A stretch of DNA of 64,000 nucleotides from Eledone cirrhosa (lineage: Eukaryota). Each line of letters opens with the position of its first letter. Positions within the stretch are counted from its first letter, which is position 1. Positions 56,001-64,000 of this stretch are shown here, piece after piece. Under the pieces are notes generated by a model that saw only the letters and a list, made by a program, of their open reading frames with translations, had not been told where the DNA came from and searched no databases. The DNA lies in contig OZ024744.1 in NCBI GenBank assembly GCA_964016885.1, positions 120,590,001-120,654,000 on the forward strand, given 5' to 3'. The position numbers were made by a program, and so were the translations under genes.

Positions 56001-56642
56001 TAGTATCAGAGCTGTGATCTCTCAATTCAGAGATTCTTTCCTGAGATATTCTAACCACATGTCATAGTATCAGAGCTGTGATCTCTCAATTCAGATATTC
56101 TTTCCTGAGACATTCTAACCACATGTCATAGGATCAGATTTGTGATCTCTCAATTTAGAGATTCTTTCCTGAGATATTCTAACCACATGTCATAGCATCA
56201 GAGCTGTGATCTCTCAATTCAGAGATTCTTTCCTGAGACATTCTTACCACACGTCATAGTATCAGAGCTGTGATCTCTCAACTTAGAGATTCTTTCCTGA
56301 GACATTCTAACCACATGTCTTAGTATCAGAACTGTGATCTCTCAATTCCGAGATTCTATCCTGAGACATTCTAACCACATGTCATAGTATCAGAGCTGTG
56401 ATCTCTCAATTTAGAGATGCTTTTATGAGATATTCTAACCACATGTCATATTATCAGAGCTGTGATCTCTCAATTCGGAGATTCTTTCCTGAGACATTCT
56501 AACCACATGTCATAGTATTAGAGCTGTGATCTCTCAATTCAGAGATTCTCTCCTGAGACATTGTAAACACATGTCATAGTATCAGAGCTGTGATCTCTCA
56601 ATTTAGAGATTCTTTCCTGAGATATTCTAACCACATGTCATA
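41050..56642 (+). repeat. Large tandem duplication: unit A about 41050-49070 (8,022 bp) and unit B 49071-56642 (7,572 bp, 118 monomers)
   Basis: AGCTGTATGCCATC at 43561 and 51133, and GCTTTTATGAG at 48847 and 56419, are both offset by 7572. The match runs 42243-49070 versus 49815-56642. Left of 41770 the offset is 8022 (TGTGCTCTCA at 41061 and 49083), so unit A has 450 extra bp. Confidence 0.9.
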
Positions 56643-59600
56643 ATGTCAGAGCTATGATCTCTCAATTCAGAGATTCTTTCCTGAGACATTCTAAGCACAT
56701 GCCATAGTATCGGAGCTGTGATCTATCAATTCAGAGATTCTTTCCTGAGACATTCTAACCACATGTCATAGTATCAGAGTTGTGATCTCTCAATTCAGAG
56801 ATTCTTTCCTGGGACATTCTAACCACATGTCATAGTATTAGAGCTGTGATCTCTCAATTCAGAGCTTCTTTCCTGAGACATTCTAACCACATGACATATT
56901 ATCAGAGCTGTGATCTCTCAATTCAGAGATTCTTTCCTGAGACATTCTAACCACATGTCATAGTATCAGAGCTGTGATATATCAATTCAGAGCTTCTTTC
57001 ATGAGATATTCTAACCACATGTCATAGTATCAGAGCTGTGTGCTCTCAATTCAGAGATTCTATCCTGAGACATTCTAACCACATGTCATAGGTTCGGATT
57101 TGTGATCCCTCAATTCAGAGATTCTTTCCTGAGAAATTCTAACCACATGTCTGTAGTATCAGAGCTGTGATCTCTCAATTCGGAGATTCTTTCCTGAGAC
57201 ATTCTGACTCCATGTCCACAGTATCAGTACTGTGATCTCTCAATTCAGAGATTCTTTCCTGATATATTCTAACCACATGTCATATTATAAGAGCTGTGAT
57301 CTCTCAATTCAGAGATTCTTTCCTGGGACATTCTAACCACATGTCATAGTATCAGAGCTGTGATCTCTTAATTTAGAGATTCTTTCATGAGATAATCTAA
57401 CCACATGTCATAGTATCAGTGCTGTGATCTCTCAATTCAGAGATTCTCTCCTGAGACATTCTAACCACATGTCATAGTATTAGAGCTGTGATTTCTCAAT
57501 TCAGAGATTCTTTCCTGAGAAATTCTAACCACATGTCTGTAGTATCAGAGCTGTGATCTCTCAATTCAGAGATTCTTTCCTGAGACGTTCTAACTCCATA
57601 TCCACAGTATCAGAGCTGTGATCTCTCAATTCAGAGATTCTTTCCTGATATATTCTAACCACATGTCATAGTATCAGAGCTGTGATCTCTCAATTCAGAG
57701 ATTCTTTCCTGAGATATTCTAACCACATGTCATAGTATCAGAGCTGTGATCTCTCAATTCAGATATTCTTTCCTGAGACATTCTAACCACATGTCATAGG
57801 ATCAGATTTGTGATCTCTCAATTTAGAGATTCTTTCCTGAGATATTCTAACCACATGTCATAGCATCAGAGCTGTGATCTCTCAATTCAGAGATTCTTTC
57901 CTGAGACATTCTTACCACACGTCATAGTATCAGAGCTGTGATCTCTCAACTTAGAGATTCTTTCCTGAGACATTCTAACCACATGTCTTAGTATCAGAAC
58001 TGTGATCTCTCAATTCAGAGATTCTATCCTGAGACATTCTAACCACATGTCATAGTATCAGAGCTGTGATCTCTCAATTTAGAGATGCTTTTATGAGATA
58101 TTCTAACCACATGTCATATTATTAGAGCTGTGATCTCTCAATTCGGAGATTCTTTCCTGAGACATTCTAACCACATGTCATAGTATTAGAGCTGTTATCT
58201 CTCAATTCAGAGATTCTCTCCTGAGACATTGTAAACACATGTCATAGTATCAGAGCTGTGATCTCTCAATTTAGAGATTCTTTCCTGAGATATTCTAACC
58301 ACATGTCATAATGTCAGAGCTATGATCTCTCAATTCAGAGATTCTTTCCTGAGACATTCTAAGCACATGCCATAGTATCGGAGCTGTGATCTATCAATTC
58401 AGAGATTCTTTCCTGAGACATTCTAACCACATGTCATAGTATCAGAGTTGTGATCTCTCAATTCAGAGATTCTTTCCTGGGACATTCTAACCACATGTCA
58501 TAGTATTAGAGCTGTGATCTCTCAATTCAGAGCTTCTTTCCTGAGACATTCTAACCACATGACATATTATCAGAGCTGTGATCTCTCAATTCAGAGATTC
58601 TTTCCTGAGACATTCTAACCACATGTCATAGTATCAGAGCTGTGATATCTCAATTCAGAGCTTCTTTCATGAGATATTCTAACCACATGTCATAGTATCA
58701 GAGCTGTGTGCTCTCAATTCAGAGATTCTATCCTGAGACATTCTAACCACATGTCATAGGATCGGATTTGTGATCCCTCAATTCAGAGATTCTTTCCTGA
58801 GAAATTCTAACCACATGTCTGTAGTATCAGAGCTGTGATCTCTCAATTCGGAGATTCTTTCCTGAGACATTCTGACTCCATGTCCACAGTATCAGTACTG
58901 TGATCTCTCAATTCAGAGATTCTTTCCTGATATATTCTAACCACATGTCATATTATAAGAGCTGTGATCTCTCAATTCAGAGATTCTTTCCTGGGACATT
59001 CTAACCACATGTCATAGTATCAGATCTGTGATCTCTTAATTCAGAGATTCTTTCCTGAGATATTCTAACCACATGTCATAGTATCAGAACTGTGATCTCT
59101 CAATTCAGAGATTCTTCCCTGAGACATTCTAGCCACATGTCATAGTATCAGAGCTGTGATCTCTTAATTTAGAGATTCTTTCATGAGATAATCTAACCAC
59201 ATGTCATAGTATCAGTGCTGTGATCTCTCAATTCAGAGATTCTCTCCTGAGACATTCTAACCACATGTCATAGTATTAGAGCTGTGATTTCTCAATTCAG
59301 AGATTCTTTCCTGAGAAATTCTAACCACATGTCTGTAGTATCAGAGCTGTGATCTCTCAATTCAGAGATTCTTTCCTGAGACGTTCTAACTCCATATCCA
59401 CAGTATCAGAGCTGTGATCTCTCAATTCAGAGATTCTTTCCTGATATATTCTAACCACATGTCATATTATAAGAGCTGTGATCTCTCAATTTAGAGATTC
59501 TTTCCTGAGACATTCTAACCACAAGTCATAGTATCAGAACTGTGATCTCTCAATTCAGAGATTCTATCCTGAGACATTCTAACGACATGTCATAGTATCA

Positions 59601-62600
59601 GAGCTGTGATCTCTCAATTTAGAGATTCTTTCATGAGATATTCTAACCACATGTCATAGTATCAGCTCTGTGATCTCTCAATTCAGAGATTCTTTCCTAA
59701 GATATTCTAACCACATGTCATAGTATCAGAGCTGTGATCTCTCAATTCAGAGATTCTTTCCTGAGACATTCTAATCACATGTCATAGTATCAGAGCTGTG
59801 ATCTCTTAATTTAGAGATTCTTTCATGAGATAATCTAACCACATGTCATAGTATCAGAGCTGTGATCTCTCAATTCAGAGATTCTTTCCTGAGAAATTCT
59901 AACCACATATCTGTAATATCAGAGCTGTGATCTCTCAATTCAGAGATTCTTTCCTGAGACATTCTGACTCCATGTCCACAGTATCAGTACTGTGATCTCT
60001 CAATTCAGAGATTCTTTCCTGATATATTCTAACCACATGTCATATTATAAGAGCTGTGATCTCTCAATTCAGAGATTCTTTCCTGGGATATTCTAACCAC
60101 ATGTCATAGTATCAGAGCTGTGGTCTCTCAATTCAGAGATTCTTTCCTGAGATATTCTAACCACATGTCATAGTATCAGAGCTGTGATCTCTCAATTCAG
60201 ATATTCTTTCCTGAGACATTCTAACCACATGTCATAGGATCAGAGTTGTGATCTCTCAATTTAGAGATTCTTTCCTGAGATATTCTAACCACATGTCATA
60301 TCATCAGAGCTGTGATCTCTCAATTCAGAGATTCTTTCCTGAGACATTCTTACCACGTCATAGTATCAGAGCTGTGATCTCTCAACTTAGAGATTCTTTC
60401 CTGAGACATTCTAACCACATGTCTTAGTATCAGAACTGTGATCTCTCAATTCAGAGATTCTATCCTGAGACATTCTAACCACATGTCATAGTATCAGAGC
60501 TGTGATCTCTCAATTTAGAGATGCTTTCATGTGATATTCTAACCACATGTCATATTATCAGAGCTGTGATCTCTCAATTCGGAGATTCTTTCCTGAGACA
60601 TTCTAACCACATGTCATAGTATTAGAGCTGTGATCTCTCAATTCAGAGATTCTCTCCTGCGACATTGTAAACACATGTCATAGTATCAGAGCTGTGATCT
60701 CTCAATTTAGAGATTCTTTCCTGAGATATTCTAACCACATGTCATAATGTCAGAGCTATGATATCTCAATTCAGAGAATCTTTCCTGAGACATTCTAACC
60801 ACATGTCTGTAGTATCAGAGCTGTATGCCCTCAATTCAGAGATTCTTTCCTGAGACATTCTAAGCACATGTCATAGTATCGGAGCTGTGATCTATCAATT
60901 CAGAGATTCTTTCCTGAGACATTCTAACCACATGTCATAGTATTAGAGCTGTGATCTCTCAATTCAGAGCTTCTTTCCTGAGACATTCTTACCACATGTC
61001 ATAGTATCAGAGCTGTGATCTCTCAATTTAGAGATTCTTTCCTGAGACATTCTAACCACATGTCATATTATCAGAGCTGTGATCTCTCAATTCAGAGATT
61101 CTTTCCTGAGACATTCTAACCACATGTCATAGTATCAGAGCTGTGATATCTCAATTCAGAGCTTCTTTCATGAGATATTCTAACCACATGTCATAGTATC
61201 AGAGCTGTGTGCTCTCAATTCAGAGATTCTATCCTGAGACATTCTAACCACATGTCATACTACTAGAGCTGTGATCTCTCAATTCAGAGATTCTTTCCTG
61301 AGAAATTCTAACCACATGTCTGTAGTATCAGAGCTGTGATCTCTCAATTCAGAGATTCTCTCCTGAGACATTCTAACCACATGTCATAGTATTAGAGCTG
61401 TGATTTCTCAATTCAGAGATTCTTTCCTGAGAAATTCTAACCACATGTCTGTAGTATCAGAGCTGTGATCTCTCAATTCAGAGATTCTTTCCTGAGACGT
61501 TCTAACACCTTATCCACAGTATCAGAGCTGTGATCTCTCAATTCAGAGATTCTTTCCTGAGACATTCTTACCACATGTCATAGTATCAGAGCTGTCATCT
61601 CTCAATTTAGAGATTCTATCCTGAGACATTCTAACGACATGTCATAGTATCAGAGCTGTGATCTCTTAATTTAGAGATTCTTTCATGAGATAATCTAACC
61701 ACATGTCATAGTATCAGAGCTGTGATCTCTCAATTCAGAGATTCTTTCCTGAGACATTCTGACTCCATGTCCACAGTATCAGTACTGTGATCTCTCAATT
61801 CAGAGATTCTTTCCTGATATATTCTAACCACATGTCATATTATAAGAGCTGTGATCTCTCAATTCAGAGATTCTTTCCTGGGATATTCTAACCACATGTC
61901 ATAGTATCAGAGCTGTGATCTCTCAATTCAGAGATTCTTTCCTGAGATATTCTAACCACATGTCATAGTATCAGAGCTGTGATCTCTCAATTCAGATATT
62001 CTTTCCTGAGACATTCTAATCACATGTCATAGGATCAGATTTGTGATCTCTCAATTCAGAGATTCTTTCCTGAGATATTCTAACCACATGTCATAGCATC
62101 AGAGCTGTGATCTCTCAATTCAGAGATTCTTTCCTGAGACATTCTTACCCATGTCATAGTATCAGAGCTGTGATCTCTCAACTTAGAGATTCTTTCCTGA
62201 GACATTCTAACCACATGTCATAGTATCAGAACTGTGATCTCTCAATTCAGAGATTCTATCCTGACACATTCTAACCACATGTCATAGTATCAGAGCTGTG
62301 ATCTCTCAATTTAAAGATGCTTTCATGAGATATTCTAACCACATGTCATATTATCAGAGCTGTGATCTCTCAATTCGGAGATTCTTTCCTGAGACATTCT
62401 AACCACATGTCATAGTATTAGAGCTGTGATCTCTCAATTCAGAGATTCTCTCCTGAGACATTGTAAACACATGTCATAGTATCAGAGCTGTGATCTCTCA
62501 ATTTAGAGATTCTTTCCTGAGATATTCTAACCACATGTTATAATGTCAGAGCTATGATCTCTCAATTCAGAGATTCTTTCCTGAGACATTCTAAGCACAT

Positions 62601-64000
62601 GCCATAGTATCGGAGCTGTGATCTATCAATTCAGAGATTCTTTCCTGAGACATTCTAACCACATGTCATAGTATCGGAGTTGTGATCTCTCAATTCAGAG
62701 ATTCTTTCCTGGGACATTCTAACCACATGTCATAGTATTAGAGCTGTGATCTCTCAATTCAGAGCTTCTTTCCTGAGACATTCTAACCACATGTCATATT
62801 ATCAGAGCTGTGATCTCTCAATTCAGAGATTCTTTCCTGAGACATTCTAACCACATGTCATAGTATCAGAGCTGTGATATCTCAATTCAGAGCTTCTTTC
62901 ATGAGATATTCTAACCACATGTCATAGTATCAGAGCTGTGTGCTCTCAATTCAGAGATTCTATCCTGAGACATTCTAACCACATGTCATACTACTAGAGC
63001 TGTGATCTCTCAATTCAGAGATTCTTTCCTGAGAAATTCTAACCACATGTCTGTAGTATCAGAGCTGTGATCTCTCAATTCGGAGATTCTTTCCTGAGAC
63101 ATTCTGACTCCATGTCCACAGTATCAGTACTGTGATCTCTCAATTCAGAGATTCTTTCCTGATATATTCTAACCACATGTCATATTATAAGAGCTGTGAT
63201 CTCTCAATTCAGAGATTCTTTCCTGGGACATTCTAACCACATGTCATAGTATCAGAGCTGTGATCTCTCAATTCAGAGATTCTTTCCTGAGATATTCTAA
63301 CCACATGTCATAGTATCAGAGCTGTGATCTCTCAATTCAGATATTCTTTCCTGAGACATTCTAACCACATGTCATAGGATCAGATTTGTGATCTCTCAAT
63401 TTAGAGATTCTTTCCTGAGATATTCTAACCACATGTCATAGCATCAGAGCTGTGATCTCTCAATTCAGAGATTCTTTCCTGAGACATTCTTACCACACGT
63501 CATAGTATCAGAGCTGTGATCTCTCAACTTAGAGATTCTTTCCTGAGACATTCTAACCACATGTCTTAGTATCAGAACTGTGATCTCTCAATTCAGAGAT
63601 TCTATCCTGAGACATTCTAACCACATGTCATAGTATCAGAGCTGTGATCTCTCAATTTAGAGATGCTTTCATGAGATATTCTAACCACATGTCATATTAT
63701 CAGAGCTGTGATCTCTCAATTCGGAGATTCTTTCCTGAGACATTCTAACCACATGTCATAATATTAGAGCTGTGATCTCTCAATTCAGAGATTCTCTCCT
63801 GAGACATTGTAAACACATGTCATAGTATCAGAGCTGTGATCTCTCAATTTAGAGATTCTTTTCTGAGATATTCTAACCACATGTCATAGTATCAGAGCTG
63901 TGTGCTCTCAATTTAGAGATTCTATCCTGAGACATTCTAAGCACATGTCATAGTATCAGAGCTGTGATCTCCCAATTCAGAGATTCTTTCCCGAGAAATT

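Larger units (their letters stand above)
1..64000. repeat. Tandem satellite DNA array, 64-bp monomer, about 1,000 copies, continuing beyond both window edges
   Basis: The same motif recurs every 64 bp from the first to the last base (clean consensus copy at 3720-3783). Most monomers differ from consensus by 0-5 substitutions. A minority are 65, 63, 62 or 58 bp. No unique sequence or strand switch was seen. Confidence 0.99.

Noticed and set aside
60121-60130. TGGTCTCTCA as a reappearance of the left-domain marker monomer
   Set aside because: It lacks the linked ATTCATTCC, GAGAAATTC and TCTGTAG variants and the neighbouring monomer order. It is best explained as an independent A>G change.
1-64000. 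CRISPR array (period of about 64 bp with a palindromic segment resembles a repeat-spacer unit)
   Set aside because: The whole unit is repeated. The more variable part differs only by point changes from one consensus, so there are no unique spacers. There is also no leader and no cas gene.
1-64000. Repetitive protein-coding ORF (zinc-finger, mucin or antigen repeat) on either strand
   Set aside because: 64 is not a multiple of 3. The consensus has plus-strand stops at monomer positions 1, 28, 38 and 51, and minus-strand stops at 8, 13, 37, 48 and 56. These cover all six frames in every consensus monomer.
1-64000. Transposon insertion, inversion breakpoint or G-quadruplex tract
   Set aside because: I saw no non-satellite sequence, poly-A tail, reverse-orientation monomer or clustered G/C runs while reading through the window.

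Overview
The whole 64 kb window is one uninterrupted head-to-tail satellite array of about 1,000 monomers, all in the same orientation. The consensus is 64 bp (TGATCTCTCAATTCAGAGATTCTTTCCTGAGACATTCTAACCACATGTCATAGTATCAGAGCTG; 39% GC, no CpG). I found no genes: the consensus monomer has stop codons in all six frames. I also found no RNA genes, transposon insertions, CRISPR spacers or large inversions. The informative structure lies in the variant monomers. These show (i) nested, irregular higher-order repeats, (ii) two very recent multi-kb tandem duplications (4,490 bp; about 7.6-8.0 kb), (iii) a left-to-right turnover of diagnostic variants, (iv) a recurrent 65+65 bp dimer module, and (v) two overlapping quasi-palindromes per monomer, with variants that perfect or invert them. 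Monomer length and AT content fit my recollection of the human acrocentric-arm satellite WaluSat, but I cannot verify that from the sequence alone. I see no evidence of a new gene-based system here. All comparisons were made by eye and spot-checked, not computed.
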